A stretch of DNA of 61,110 bases, filler included, from Bipalium vagum (taxonomy: Eukaryota): the NCBI GenBank assembly GCA_037834085.1. It is 3 parts of 3 records of this genome, joined end to end, with 100 filler letters (N's around TTAATTAATTAA, not from the genome) between each part and the next. Parts side by side here need not be neighbours in the genome. Positions count along the whole stretch, not along the records: positions 40,104 to 61,110 come from JBBMKC010243050.1; 2 more parts are not named here. One strand, 5' to 3'. The position numbers and the translations under genes were made by a program. This document shows, piece by piece, positions 40,556 through 55,189 of this stretch. How positions within the stretch are numbered: position 1 is the stretch's first letter; the number at the start of each line of letters is the position of its first letter. A model generated the notes under the pieces. The model ran no database searches. It was not told the origin of the DNA and saw nothing but the letters and a program-made list of their open reading frames with translations.

Positions 40556-41689
40556 AATTAATAGAAAAAGAAATGAGGAGGAAAGTCTAGCTCTTTTAAA
40601 TTAATTGCAAAAGAAGAGAAAGTCAGTTCTCAGATCTGAGAACTGATGCCCTATTGGTTATAAATAAAAATATAAAATGGGTTATCAGAATGTAAGAGAT
40701 AGACTACGAATGAAAATAGGAATAAAATTCTTTATTTTAGTATAAAGTTGATTTGAAATTAATTGAATTGAAAATAAAATTTGAAGCTACTCTGAACTTG
40801 CTATTCTAGAATGAAGATCTGTTCTTAATGACCTCGATATTTAAATTTTTTAGGCAACTTGAAGTCACTGTCAATACCATAAGTATGCTATATATGGGCA
40901 GTTATTCAAATTATGCTTTGAATAATAATTTATAATATTGAACATTCCCACAGAACTATAGCATCAGACATTGTTTTAAGTATTAACTTATTAATATTAA
41001 TTTATCTTGTAAATTATTATTATTTATTATTATTATAGAAACTATTTTTTTATCTATAGTTAATATTGAATAAATGGTTAGATTAATATCGAAATTGACT
41101 TTAATATCAAAAAATTAAAAAGAATTTAAAGTTAAAAAACGCTTAATAGTTATGCATCAATCTAATTCTATTTTAGCAATTTTTTTTTCAAAAATTCTTT
41201 ATTTTAAAAAAATTGAATAGAAATTGTTATTTATTTGCAATCTGAAATGTCTTTCATGTGAATATGAATTTTAAATTTGATTAGATTCTATTATTAATTA
41301 AAGCATTTATTTTTGAAAACTAATTTATTAATGAAAATGTATTGTTTTAGTGATTAAGGTATGTAGCATTTAAAAAATTAAATATTCTTTTATTTGTGAG
41401 TATATATTTCCGGTTAAAAAAAGCAAAAGGTTTGTTGCATTTTTTGATTTTTATAAAGTTTTAGTTTAATATTTAGACATTCTTTGTGGATTGCTGTTGA
41501 AATAAGTGAGTTCAACAGAATATTTTTAAAATTAAAATTTATTTTTAATTTGAATTTTCTTTTAATTCAAAAGTTAACTGGAGATATTTATCATTAATAT
41601 TATATTATAATATAATTATTTTAAACACTTAATTTAGTATTAGAAGTATCTTTAATGAAAATAATAAAAGGGGCACTTATGCAGCTTAA

Positions 41690-42050
41690 ATGTCACCGAT
41701 TCAGCGATGACATATTTTTTCATCAGGGACAATCTTTTGACGGAACATAAATTTAAACACAATTCTAATATAATTGTATGAGTTCCGTACCTGTTTTCGT
41801 CAGCCTGTTATAATTCTTGTCAAATGCTTTCAATGTGATTTGAATGGCGAAAGTTGAACAGAAAATTAAATGTTGGTTTCAACTGTTTATTTTTCGTAAT
41901 AAACATCTACTATAACTTCATAAAAGTACTTCAATCGGCAATTGTATGGTTTTTTCTAGTTCCGATTTGGAATTTTAGTTCATCCTACATAACACAAACC
42001 TTAAGAGATTCATCCTCAATCACAATTATTCAAAAATATGCTTCATAATG
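41690..42050 (-). mobile_element. Internally deleted Merlin remnant
   Basis: NHTIAD* (cf. HTIVDW) and HSNHIESI* (cf. HTNxIESxW) motifs. Confidence 0.5.
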
Positions 42051-42741
42051 TTATTCGTTATATGTTTTTCATTTTGAAATATTTTTAACTTGAGAAAAAT
42101 AATGACCATTAATATAACTTAAATTTCAACTGTTTTCTGACTTATAGTACGAATATAATTTCAATTGGTTTAATTTATATGGTCATATTTATAATGAAAC
42201 TTGTCACTTTTTCAAATTAAAATGTTACTAACTTAAAAATTTTATGTGAAACTTTTTGCTTGTGTATGATATTTTTCATAATGTCATCAATATCATATTA
42301 GCACAATTATTAGCACAGTTCGGATATAAAAAAAATCGGAAAAATTGAAATCAATCGTTCTAAATATTTTTGATTCTCAATCATCATAAGATTTTCAAAA
42401 GTATATTCGACTCTGTATTCTGATTCTATTGAAATTTAATTAATAGACTTTCAAAAAATAGCTGGTCTAAGTTAAATAGAGTAAATACAGTAAAGTTTTC
42501 TTTCAATGACAAATTAACGTAAGTATTTTTTGTCATACTAGTGGATTTAAATTAAGATTACGAAGTTTCCATTTGATGAGTTCCATTCCTGATAGTTTAA
42601 TTTTCTTCTTTTATCAACAAATATCTTTTATAACAATTTCTAAAACTTTGATATCACTGATATTTTACTGTCAAATTATAATTGTAAGTTTTATTTAAAT
42701 AAACATTTCAATGCATTTATTTGGATTTATAATTATAGTAA

Positions 42742-43060
42742 AATGAGTACAGAAAAATTTGCGATTCGAGCTTTAATATGTCACTATTTGAAGAGATTTA
42801 CTATTGCTACCACCAAAAGGACTATGTGATATTGAAGAAGGTGTCGTTGTCTATAGTAGTCTTGGATTGGTTTAAAAAGTTTAAAAATGTAGATACTAGT
42901 CGTGAAGGTAAGCTCCGCCAAGAAAGACCTTCTGTGATAAATGAAGGTGCTCTACAAGAAGCATTAATTTATTATCCACATGCGATTTATTTATGATTAT
43001 TGAACAGCCGAAAGACACCATTAATCGACACATAAGTAAACTTAAATATGTTAAGTACAT
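42742..43060 (+). mobile_element. Mariner N-terminal fragment
   Basis: MSTEKFAIRAL..DWFKKFKNVDTSREGKLRQERPSVINEGAL. Confidence 0.8.
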
Positions 43061-43162
43061 ACTAAGGTTAAATAATTTTATAGGGTTAAGAATATCGAAA
43101 TTGGTCGGTAGAAACTTAAAATAATTTTAATCAGAAAGCTTTATGGAGTGTGATTCGGAACA

Positions 43163-43169
43163 TAATAAT

Positions 43170-43219
<50 letters not shown>
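43163..43219. repeat. (AAT)n microsatellite
   Basis: Direct sequence. Confidence 0.95.
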
Positions 43220-43222
<3 letters not shown>

Positions 43223-43449
43223 TTGTTAGGAATCTTTTATTCAGGTTTTTTTTTATTACAAAATTTCTTATTTTTTACCTGAACTAAATAAAACATATTA
43301 GTTAAAGAATCATATAGAATGTTTTTTTATAAAAAAGTCATTTATAAGGATCACAAGATTTGCCAAATTATTATTTCCTTTTGAGTTTCCACAAATGCAA
43401 CTATATATACGCAAAAATTACTTGCCGCGAAAATAAAGCTATTTAAAAA

Positions 43450-44300
43450 ATGATCCTGTAAACTAATGCTCATTTTTTTATTTTTAATAACACATAACAT
43501 ATATAAATAATAAACAATAAAGTTAATATCCAGTTAGATCACCATTTAACTCGAGCCATTTAGAAATACGAGTTGGCATCGATTTTATCAATATGACTAG
43601 GTAGTTGGTAGAAACGGTTTTCCAGATTTCTTTGATAATTCTTTCGTGATCTTCCAAGTTTTATTTTTTTCTTCACAGTCATTTTCACCAATTCCTACAA
43701 ATTTTCGATCGAGTTCAGATTTGGAAAATTTAATGGCCAGTCCGAAACATCTCAATAATTTGTTTTGAATCAATTTTATTTTGATTGTGTGGCACGATGC
43801 CTCATCTTGCTGAAACACGAATCTTGGATGCAAAGCCGCCATGGTAGGGTATGCCTCTGTAAGTATCTCTTGATACTTTATACTGTTCATAGTTCCGCGG
43901 ATGACAATCAAAAAAGATTTACCAACGAAGCTGGTTACAGCCCATACCATTAAACTTGGACTAAATTTTGGACATCTGGTTGTAGGTCTTTTCTTAGCCC
44001 ATTGATCTCGTTTGTTGGTGCATAGGTGGAATCGACCCTCATATCTAAACCACCATCGATTCCATCTTAGTAAAAGTATGATGTTCGCACCAACTGACTC
44101 AGCTTGTCTTATGAAACTGCGTTAAGAGTGGACATCATTTGGGTGTCATACTAGAGTAGTCAGATCGATGCAAATATTAGAGAACTGTCCTGGGAGAAAC
44201 TGGTGGACTTCCTCTATTTACCAATTCAATTTGTAGGTCATGACAGGATGCAATTGTTCGATTTCTTGCTAAAGCTGTCAATCTTCGTATATCTTTGAAT
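43450..44300 (-). mobile_element. Decayed Tc1-like element
   Basis: LMVWAVTSFVG; FVFQQDEASCH; DWPLNFPNLNSIENL; SMPTRI..NGDLTGY*. Confidence 0.88.
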
Positions 44301-46409
44301 TTAACAAAAAAGAAATAAAGTTTTATCGAATAAAAACCAAAATAAAAATAATAACAAGTCCTAACTTTGTTCTTAACATAACGAATCCTTTAACCCTCTT
44401 CTGAAGATGAGATTACATTAATTTTTCGATTAGTACAATGTCTTCTATTTTTTATATTTAGATCAAAAGAGTCTTGATTTTCATTAATCTTTAAGTCTTC
44501 AGAAGCCAAATTAAATAATTGTTGAATTTTTATGACTTTTGTGCACTATTTTAAGATTACTACTAATATCAACAATAGCATTAAGAAGTTCCTCTTTTTT
44601 GTACATGCAATTAGTAAAGCAGGTATTTTGTTCATCAATTAACTCGTGTAAATCATTAACTTTTTTAAAAGTACATCGTTGTTATGCATTAGTAGAAACG
44701 TTATGTTCTTTAAAAATTTAAAGAGCAATTCACTATTGAGTATGAAGATATTTTAATAGAGAACTTTTAGTTCTGTACAACTTCTGTACAATTTGAGATA
44801 TTTAAAATTGAGCTCATTCTTATTATTAGTCCAGTGGTTTTTCAAGGATAATTTTTTAATGTTGTTATTAGTTTTATCATAACTAAGAACCTCTGTTATA
44901 TACTAGCACATACCTTTCCAATCTTAGCGTGTGCCAACCTTTTTATAATGATTTTGTCAATATAGCTAATAAGGTAATAAAATGGTCGTATATAATGATT
45001 AATATTTTGAAAGGTATCCTCCTCTCGTTTCGGGATAACTTGAGGGATTATTTATTTATTTTGATCAAAAGGAATGAGATTTCCTATGCCCTGGAATCCA
45101 GAGGGACTACGAAATTCAAAATATTAAGTCCCATTTACATACACAATAAAGAACATGATTTCATTAAAATGACTTGTGTCAAGGCCTTGAGAAGAAATGA
45201 ACTTAAATGCCGAAAATGTTTGGATGTTATAAAAGTATTTTTTATTAATGACGTTACATAAAATTTCATCTTCTGTTCATTATATTATATTCTTCCATAA
45301 ACTAAAAGTTTTATCAACCGGGCTCAATTATGGACTTTAAAAAGGCAAGAAATGCAGACTTTCGCCATTATTTCAACTAAACTTTTAATATCTCGCTTAT
45401 GAAACACAACATTATCACATACAATTATCATTTATGCAATATTTTGTCTTAGATTATTTATCAATCTTTTCATGTAATATTAGATTTACAAGTTGGAAAG
45501 GTGAACATTTTTATTATTAATACAAATCAAAATATAATTGAGTTAATGATTTAAAAATTAGGGTAGTGCTGCTAACTATCACTAACTCAACACACTAATT
45601 CCATTAATTATGAAAGATTAAGGTTGAGGTTTTGCTAAAATATATTTAAATATCAAATTGACAAATTCAAATTATAACTGAAATAACTCTGTAGACTTTG
45701 TTATAGATTTTATTATACTTTGAAGATCAAAAAATTGGCCGAATGGTAGGCTGAATAATCGTTTAAACAAGATCGAAAATTATTGCCTAAATGTGTTACC
45801 ATTCGAGTTTTGGACCAAGGTATTTGAGATTATTTCATCCTTAAGTGAGCGAAAGAAGATGCGACCAAAATATTTATTTATTCTTAAATTAACATTTATA
45901 GCTTGGATCTTCTATAAATATTACTATTATATGAAAGAAAATCGATTACTTTTATATTTGTTATATACAAGGTCCTCTATGTAGGAATGAAAGTTAAAAT
46001 TAATAATTGTTCATAAAGTAATTTTTTAAATTATTAACACCTAAAATAACATACTATTAAAAAAATTAAACTTTTTACGGTTTCCAGGACTTTAAAATGT
46101 TCACTGTTCTCCAATTGACAATTAGATTTATATCACCTCGAAAACTATTGATTTTATTATTATCATCTTTAGAAGTTAGAGGTATGACAAAAAGTGAATC
46201 ATATTTTAACACATGCATAAAAGAATACAAGAACATAAAAAACAAATAATCATTAAATACTCTAAATTTTTGCTTAAGAGGTGCGAGTTATCTTTATTAA
46301 ATTAGGTGAATTAGAATAGATTGGTTTTTTTGTTTCTTCTATTATGCAAAACTTGCTGATGAACATGGGAGCCTCTGCAACATTCATAAAAAAAATATAT
46401 ACTTATACA

Positions 46410-48330
46410 AGATATAACTACAAATTATTCTGTGAAATAATTTCCATCATTGTTGATGAAATTCGATCATTTTTCAGGTTTCTGGCGGATTCCAGTGTTG
46501 AAAAAAGATAAACATTCATAATCTATATATTGGGTTGGCAATTAAGTCCGTTCGTATTTTTAGAAGATAGAAAAACAGAAAAATTTTTATTGATTAAAAC
46601 AATCTCAATCAATGATGTGTAGTCGATCTTTATCAATAACCTCCCTCCATCTTTCTACCAATTTCATTATTCCTCTTTCGTAGAATTCCTGAGGTTTATT
46701 TTCAAAATACCAATCAAGATGCCTATTGGTGGACTCCTCATTGGTTTTTCCGTTTAAGGAATTCTGCAACGACCGAAATAAGTGGTAGTCTGTAGGAGCC
46801 AAGTCCGGGGAATATGGTGGATGTGGTAAAACATCCCACCCAAAGGCTCATTAATTCTTTCCGAGTGATCATTGAGGTCTGAGGTCTGGCATTGTCGTGT
46901 TGGAAGACAACGCCCTTGCGATATGCCAACCCTGGACGCTTTTCGGAAATTTTTTTGTTCAATTTAGTTAATTGAGAGCAGTAAACATTTTAATCAACCT
47001 TTGTGCCAGGTGGTAACAGCTCATAGAAGATAATACCTTTATAATCCCACCAAACTGAGATAATTATCTTTTTCGGATGTAATCCTGCTTTTGATGTTGG
47101 TTTTGGTGGCTCAGAACTGTGTCCTAATCATCTCTTACGCACTACATTGTAGTAAGAAATCCATTTTTCATCACCAGTAACCAAGTTGCGTAAAAATGGG
47201 TGTCTTTCTTGCTGATTTAAGGAGCAAAACGGCAGATTGATATTTGTGCTGTCAAATTGGCCTCGGTGAGTTTATGTGGTACCAATACAGTAAATCGAGA
47301 AACGTAACCAATTTTATGTAAATATTTCTCAACAGATGTATGTGATATTTTGAGTCACTAGGATATTTCCCGAACCGTCTGGGTTGGATTATCATCAACA
47401 ATAGCTTTGATATTATCTGATTCAATCTCCGTGGAGTGACTGGAGCGGGACGCATCGTCGATGCTAAAATTTCCAGAACGGAATTTTGCAAACCATTTCT
47501 GGAATACCAGTTTTGTTAAGGCATCATCCTCGTATAAACGGTAAATTTTTTTATGAACATCCGTAGTTCAGTTGTCTTTTTTAAAATAATATAAAGAAAT
47601 GTGTCTAAAATGCACCATTTTATCTTCCATACTAGAGTTTGTATTGTTGCTTAAATAATGATATTATTTAAACAATAATTGATTAATATATATCTTATGA
47701 AATACAAAATTGCTTATGCATTTAAATTTTGCTTCAAATTAATAAATTTTTTCGAAAATAAGGAATTATTTCATTTCATTTAAAAAATCGAACGGATTTA
47801 ATTGTCAACCAATAATTTGAGATCGATTTTTTAACACAATTAACGGTTTAAAAATGCGAATCAGCCAGGTGATGCTAAAGAGACCTGAATAAATAATAAT
47901 CTAATGGTGCCATGTCAGGTGAGTACCCATATGAGGAAGAACTTCCCAACCAAAAGAGGAAAAATCGTTCACGTACGTAGAGGAGCATGTCATGCAGTGG
48001 AATAACAGGCTTTTTCCCCAGACTATTAATTGGCTTATTTTTTTTCCAAGCAATTTCATGTGATTTAATTGGGTTATTTACTTTTCTGATGTGACTGTTT
48101 CATGCGTTTTCAGCAACTCACAATCAGTCCAACCAAATGCACAGCAAAAGCTTTAGTGCGTGGACATTGTACTTTATTATAACCGAAGACAGTTCACTAG
48201 AACCCAGATGTTTTCGTTTGGGGTTATTTTAATATAGTCATTTTTCATCTCTCTTAGTGATTTGTGGTCAGCTAAACATATGAGACCAAACACAAAATAA
48301 TATGCGAAGGAAAGGAGCATTAAGGAAAAA
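46410..48330 (-). mobile_element. Older mariner interrupted by a full-length mariner
   Basis: FGWEVLPH..YSPDMAPLDYYLFRSL at ~47960-47875 continues as FFNTGIRQKPEK*..NDGNYF at ~46505-46435. Confidence 0.8.
46530..47812 (-). mobile_element. Full-length mariner (~1.28 kb) with TIRs and TA TSD; transposase ~47630-46605 disrupted
   Basis: TA|TTGGGTTGGCAATTAAGTCCGTTCG ... CGAACGGATTTAATTGTCAACCAA|TA; [31 protein letters not shown]. Confidence 0.95.
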
Positions 48331-48889
48331 ATGCCAATTTTTTGATACAAAAGTCAGTGTTAGTTTCTATTTTAGTGTATTATTTTATTAAATTTGATCT
48401 TTATAAAAAACTTATTATAATTATTTTAATATTAATGACCATTCACCATCATATAAATAAACACAGTATATCGAAATTATTTTGTCATACACCGGTGGCA
48501 CTCTTGTACAAAATAATGGAAACATTTAATAATAATATTAATGAAATTTTTAACTTTCATTTATATACATCATCACCATTGATGCACATGGATAAATTGA
48601 ATTGAATTTTATTTAACTTAATTATAGTGTATATAACATGAAATAGACTCAAGAGTTATTATAAACACTAAGACGATGTCAAAAGTATATAAAAATAATT
48701 TCCATACAGCGGTTTTCATTTTATCGGTTTAATTTTATACATCTGGTTTGATTTGCGGATGAAAGTAGGGTATATATTAACAACGACTGTGTTATATTTG
48801 TTTGTCGTCGACCAGGGGAAAGATATTTGGCTGAATGTATAAGCCAAACAGTTAAAAATCTTGCCCAAATAATGATATGACCCGTTAAT

Positions 48890-49250
48890 TCTGCCAAAGT
48901 ACTTGGAAAGCTTTATTGCTGACCGTAACATGGATTCGCAGCAGTACACCCAGCTGTTACAGAGTGAATTACGGCCTCAACTACAAACTTGGTGTAGAGC
49001 TAAAATAATCCTGAAATACATGGAAACTGAAAAAATACCACTTTTGGATTGGGTTGGTAATTTTCATGACATGAATGTAATCGAAAATCTTGCAAGGTGT
49101 GAAAGATCGCTTGCTTTGGAAAAAATAAAAGTCAAAGCTGAAATGGTAAGTGAAAAAGTAAATTAGAAAACTATCAATTCCACCAGAAGCATGCAATCAA
49201 GAGTGAATCTGATTTTTAAAAAATAAGGAGTTATGGATTAAATATTAAGA
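48890..49250 (+). mobile_element. Tc1 fragment
   Basis: LLDWVGNFHDMNVIENL; SMQSRV. Confidence 0.7.
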
Positions 49251-49359
49251 TTTTCATATCTGCTAATGTACATAATATATTTTTTGGGTTTTTCGGTTTA
49301 CTAAATTTGAATTCTATTTCAATGACCTGGAATTGTATTTGTACACAATTCTATATTGT

Positions 49360-50240
49360 AAAATGAAAGACTTTCCGATTTTCTGTGACATGATTACTGG
49401 TGCATGTGTGTAACTGGGACTTCTGTAACAGACAATCCAATATGTTAAGTGTGTCGAGAACTGCAGTGTAAAGGTTTACATAACACAATAGAAGTTCTCA
49501 TATGTTAAATCAGTCTCTGTAACTTAATACTAAATGAAAAAATCGACGAACATTGAAGAAGATTATTAGGAATTATCCTAAAATAAGTACATCCTAATTG
49601 ACAACAGAACTCAATATCTATCTAAATATTCCTGTTTACTTAAAAAAAGTTAGACGAGGGCTTCACAAGTCCGACACACGGTCGTGTTGTGAAATGATGC
49701 AAGATTTCATTTGATCATCTTTCTAAAAAGCCACATGAAACTTACCGCTCTGATTGTGACTTTTTAACTGTTAAACATGAAGGCGCTGTGATGGTCTGGA
49801 TACTTTACCGAAGATATATATTTCGATATCTTAATAAAAAAGATTTCTGAAAAAAACATTTATTTCTTCACAAAGATTTTAGGATGATAATTCTTCCATT
49901 CATAGGACCAGACGCGTTGAAGATTGGTGGCTTGAAGACTATCAATCTTAATTATAATATCTTCCTTGGTCTTTACAATTATCTGATCTGAATATCATAG
50001 AACTATTGTGGTCCTTTGTAGAAACTCTCGTTAGAAAAAGATTCCTCCTTCCTCGTCTTTTGAACAAATATATGATTTTATGCAAGAAGAATGGCAGAAT
50101 ATTCCATTTCACATCATTCAACACATACACGAATCTATTCCAAGACGAATGAAAGTGGTTTTATTTGCGAATCATGGTATAACTCCTTATTAATAAAAAT
50201 ATTACGTGTTTCCAAGTGTTTTCAATTATTTTGTATATGA
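49360..50240 (+). mobile_element. Decayed Tc1 element
   Basis: TVKHEGAVMVW; EEWQNIP..HIHESIPRRMKVVLFANHGITPY*. Confidence 0.75.
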
Positions 50241-53200
50241 AAATTTTTATATATTTTATAATGCAAATTATGTCATTAATATTATTGTTAAGTTTTTAAT
50301 TATTTTGTTTACCGGGCTTATTTAGAACGATCTATGTGCAACGTGGCCTTATTTATTATTATGTGTTATTAATTACTATTATATTTGTTCTTAATAAGAT
50401 TTTTACTTAATAGATATTGTGTTCACTACAAATTTAGCTTTAATAGTAAAATTAATCGAGTTCAATATAAGCCAACTATTTGATTGAGTTGTCTTGCTTG
50501 ATTAAGAGTGTTTGGAAATTAAAATCGTCAAATTGATTACAATTTTGAAAACTGATAGTTGTCTGGTGAACCACGATTTCCAAAATCGGCAAATGAATTT
50601 CTTTAACTATACTTATTTATTGTCTTTTTTTCTTTCAAAAATTATAAGATTTCTTTGCGAAAATTTTGTTGTTGGGTTTTGATGAGTTATTTTTCCAGTT
50701 AAACTCTCAAAGAATGTTTAAAGTATTTGATTACTGGTATCATCATCTGTTAAATTTTTTGTGATATACCTTTAATACCTTTTAAACCTTTCGTAAGGGT
50801 TTTTAGAGGTCGTCAATACGGTTGTCAAACACTCATGATCAATAAACCCTTAGAATTAAGCTTTATAACATTTTATAATTAAAAATTACAATTAAGCACA
50901 CATTACGTGAAATTCTGACTGATATGTCCTTGGAAAGTTTTTTTTATCCGAATTCAGTATTGTTTAACGTTTTTGATTGGACAATTAAATTGTGATAACA
51001 TATTTTCTTTAACTGTTAACTGAAAATATCTAGAATTTAAATGTTACAATTTAAATATTTTGAATAGGAAAATTAATAATTAAAATTTAAGTGATATTGT
51101 ACTGACTTTACATCAGTAGCGGTCACTCAAATTATATTCCGAAAATATTTTTAAAATTTATATTACAAATAATAATATTAATTATTTACTAATAAGTAAA
51201 TAAAATAGGATCAATTCACGTTAATGTCATGACATGTTTGAATTTTAGAAGTTTTTTTCTTTGTTTAATTTCAACTTTATTTTAATCATGTTTATTTTAA
51301 TCAATGATTTATCTTAAATTCATATATATTTTAAGAATAAATTTCAATTTCTCATTTGATATTTATTCTTTTATTTACATTTGAATTTGTATTTGTAATA
51401 TTATATATTAAAAATATTATTTATATTATCAGCTTTTCATGAAATATATTTCGAAAAATAAAAGTTAAATTATAAAATTCAATTCTTGACTTGTTTGGTA
51501 GATCTCACTGTTCTGTTGTTGTATTAGTAGTGTGTAAATGAATAAACGCGATCAACACCCAATCTCAACGTAATCCAAAACTTTCAGGCGTTTTCTTTCG
51601 TCATTTGAGTTGAATATTGTTCTAATTATTTATTACATAAGCAAAAAATTATAACTTATAACATATGTTCCTATTTTGTAATTTCAAAAAATCACAGGAT
51701 TGATTGGTTATCCTTAATTGTAACAGTTATAGAGCTTAATATTTAATTAATTTCTTCTAACAACAATCTTCAAAAATTGAAATAAATCTTTAAATTGCGA
51801 ATTATAAAATTCACAAATTTTGAACTTCTAGAATTTCCCAAACAAATACAAGACCTCTTAGATACTTAAATAATAAACTTTCTCGAGTCAGCCAATTGAT
51901 AAATGCGGTCAATACTTTATTATTCATAACTATAGTCTTTGACCCTTTGTGGTCTTCTTTTATATTTGGGCGAAAACAGCACATGTAAGACATAAATCCA
52001 GTGATAATTCTGGACCAGGATAATGTTATATCGTAAAATAGATTTTACCAGATTTACATTCATCGTTTTAGAGTTTTAGCTTTATAATACCAAATTGATC
52101 GCACTAAAGATATATACATTTAATGTACGACCATTATAAAAGTATTTGAAACAATATTGTTTAAAATTGGAGTAAATTTGCAGCCATTTGAATTCTCTTA
52201 GACTACATTAATTTTTGGGCGAAATTGGAGAATTTTTTCCAGATTTGAAAATTATGAGAATATGGGTTTGTCACATCGGATAATAATTGATTATTTCTTT
52301 CTGCTTAAAGAAGATGGTTGATGGAGTTGCATTCTTATCAGAGTCTCAATTTTAAGTAGGTACAATAAAAATGTACGTTTCTGTCCCACAAAATTACTCT
52401 ATTGGATGTGAATGACTCATCTTTAGTAGTGAGATATGTTGTACTGGAATGATTTTAATAGTCTAGTGTCGTGTCCTTATCATTTTAAAGATCCTTATAC
52501 ATTAACATAATATGTGGTAAAAGTTTTCATTTTCTTCGTTACAATTTATAAATCTTTGTTTTCTTGGTTAGTCGGAATATCTTTTGGTCTAATTTAATAA
52601 TTAGAATTCAATTCTTTGAAGATGAGTAGTGTGACTAAATATTTAGATTATTAGGAATGCTACTACAATTAATAATAATTAAATAATTTTAATCATAATC
52701 ACAATGTTAATATGACGAATAAAATTAATAGAAATTATTTTTCTTTAGTTTTTGGCAGTTAATGGGACCTAGTATGTCTGAAAGGGTTTAATAAAAATCA
52801 ATTATGGATATCCGATAAGGGCTTTAATGAAAATTGAGTTAAAATGGCTTATATTAGAGATTTCTTTGTCGGTAGTTAATGGTTCCCGAGATAATTAATT
52901 TTTTATGATGTCGGCAGTCTTAGTTACCTTATAGGTTTTATTTGATTCTCTTTTTTGTAAAAATATTGGTACTTTGTTACTAAATAAAATATTTTTTCTG
53001 GCCTTGAAGATGCTGAAGAGGTAGTGACTCCAAAATATCTGTTTAAATGGAAGTATCAATGTTGTGGAGCTTACCTTCAGAATAGATCTTTATTATGGAA
53101 TTTGCATGTTCAGGGTAATATTATGAACCTCCAAAGATTGAAGAAGTTAAATAGATTATACTGAGATCTTAACCTGAGAATGTTGCGATTGAGAATGTTT

Positions 53201-55189
53201 TTCATTAAAATGAATAGACGAAATAACTAAATTATCGTAAAGGTTTTTGGAAAAAAGTTGAATAAATCTTCAAATTTGACAATTTGCATCCAAACATTCG
53301 AACATAATTACAATTTGATGTAAATCATTCGAAAGTGATAAGTTTAAACCATTGGGGTCTATTGGCATTGAAATGTGGAAGAGCCATTTATTAGATTCGA
53401 CAGAGAATCACTAAATGCTGAGTATATATAAACAAGACGAAGACATTTTTCAATAAATGGTGTAAATATTAATAAATAGTAATATTTTGTTTGAAGTTAA
53501 ATATAAAATACTATTTTTACTATGTAAAGTATTTTTTTTTAATCGATAATAATTTTTTTTAAGATAATGAGAAAAATTATGATTATCTAAAATGAAATTC
53601 TTCAATATTTTTCTCTTAATATTAATTTATCCATTTCTAAGAAAGAGGAATATAATCTCAAATTTAAATCCTATAATTCTTCAGTCATTATTTAGAATAA
53701 TTTTCTTGCTAAGTGGTAGACTATCATGGATTACACATTTTTAAATCCACCTTTTAGTTGACATTCTAAATAGAAAATATTACATAAATACTTTTGTCAA
53801 TTGATTTAGTTCAAATATATGTTATCACAATGGAAAATATTGTCAGCATTGTTAACTATAAAAAAATTAATAATTTCACATTACTTGAAAACCAGTTCAA
53901 TTTATTTACTATAAAACAACAGTATTACAATTATTTTTCTCATTGAAATGCGTTGAATTTCTTGAGTCACAGAGAACTCAAAATAATAAATATTAAAGTA
54001 TTAATAAAAATATCATAACTTTTAAATATTCCTAAACTCTATATTGATTTTATTAAAAATATTAATTTAAACAAACAGGGGGGTTACTTATGGTAAAAGA
54101 GATTCAATTAAATTAAAAAAATATAACTTGTTTTATGGAGATAAGTTCTTATTTCGTATATATATTTCTGGATTGTTTAGGATGATGTCTTTATTTGAAT
54201 TCAGCACAATTGAAATTGTGAATTGTTTGTAAAAGATGATAGAAATGTTATAAGTTTGAAATCTTCAAACCTTATTAATTTTTACAAATTGTTAGTCTTT
54301 TACTTGAGACTTCGATTGTCATGACAGTTTAATCGTAAATTTATTTTGGTCTTGATAGAGGATTGATTATCCAAACTTTTTTCTATTACTTTCTAGATAA
54401 ATCTCTAAGACCGTAGTGCTTTGTCATTGTTATTCAACTGAGAAAGGTCTCAATTTTTTATTAAATCGACAGACACATTTGTTGTTTTTATTATTATTTT
54501 TTTTGTTCTCTTTACTGTTTCTCTCGAAGGGTTCTCTAAACGGGACTTTTATTTAAGATCGTGTTTTGCTTCAATGAAATTTGAAACACTGAGATTTTTC
54601 AAGCCTAGTCTGATGGAGGTAGAATAAATTGACTATCAAAAACTTATTCCTTGAACAAATATTTCTGGTTGGTGAGGTATATGCTCATTAGGTATTACAT
54701 CTTTCATATTTATTGTGTTTTGGGTCTGAAGTGAACAACGAAAGTTATGGTTTTGTTCCTGTAGTTTCTGGTATCTGTTTTTTTAGCTAAATAATATGTG
54801 ATACGGTGATTTATCTTACTTTTTAACATCTTTTCATAACACTCTTTGTAACATTTTTATAGGTGAATGAACTTTGTATCAAAATAAACGAGTCTCATTA
54901 AATTAATTGTAAAATATTTGGAATAACTAAATTGCTCTATCATTTGTTTTAATGTCACAACCCTTCTCAACGAAGAACTTAACAATGTCAACATGTGTTA
55001 AATGAATTATATTACTAGGTTGTCCTAGAAAGTCTTTTTTTTACTAATTTTACATTAATATTTTAAAGTAAATTACATTTTGTTTTGTTAAGTGTTATAT
55101 ATTATTTTAAAGCACGGTTTTCATATAAAATAATATTATTTTAAAATGTAGAGATTTAAGTTTTTTAAAAGATTTATCTACCTTGAAAT

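Noticed and set aside
44300-45400. AT-rich ORF-like region (e.g. 44929-45261) as a possible Polinton polymerase
   Set aside because: No pPolB or other recognisable motifs; left unannotated.
47915-47945. CAGGTGAGTA splice-donor or SL-RNA-like GC-richer segment
   Set aside because: It is the antisense of a mariner YSPDMAP motif.
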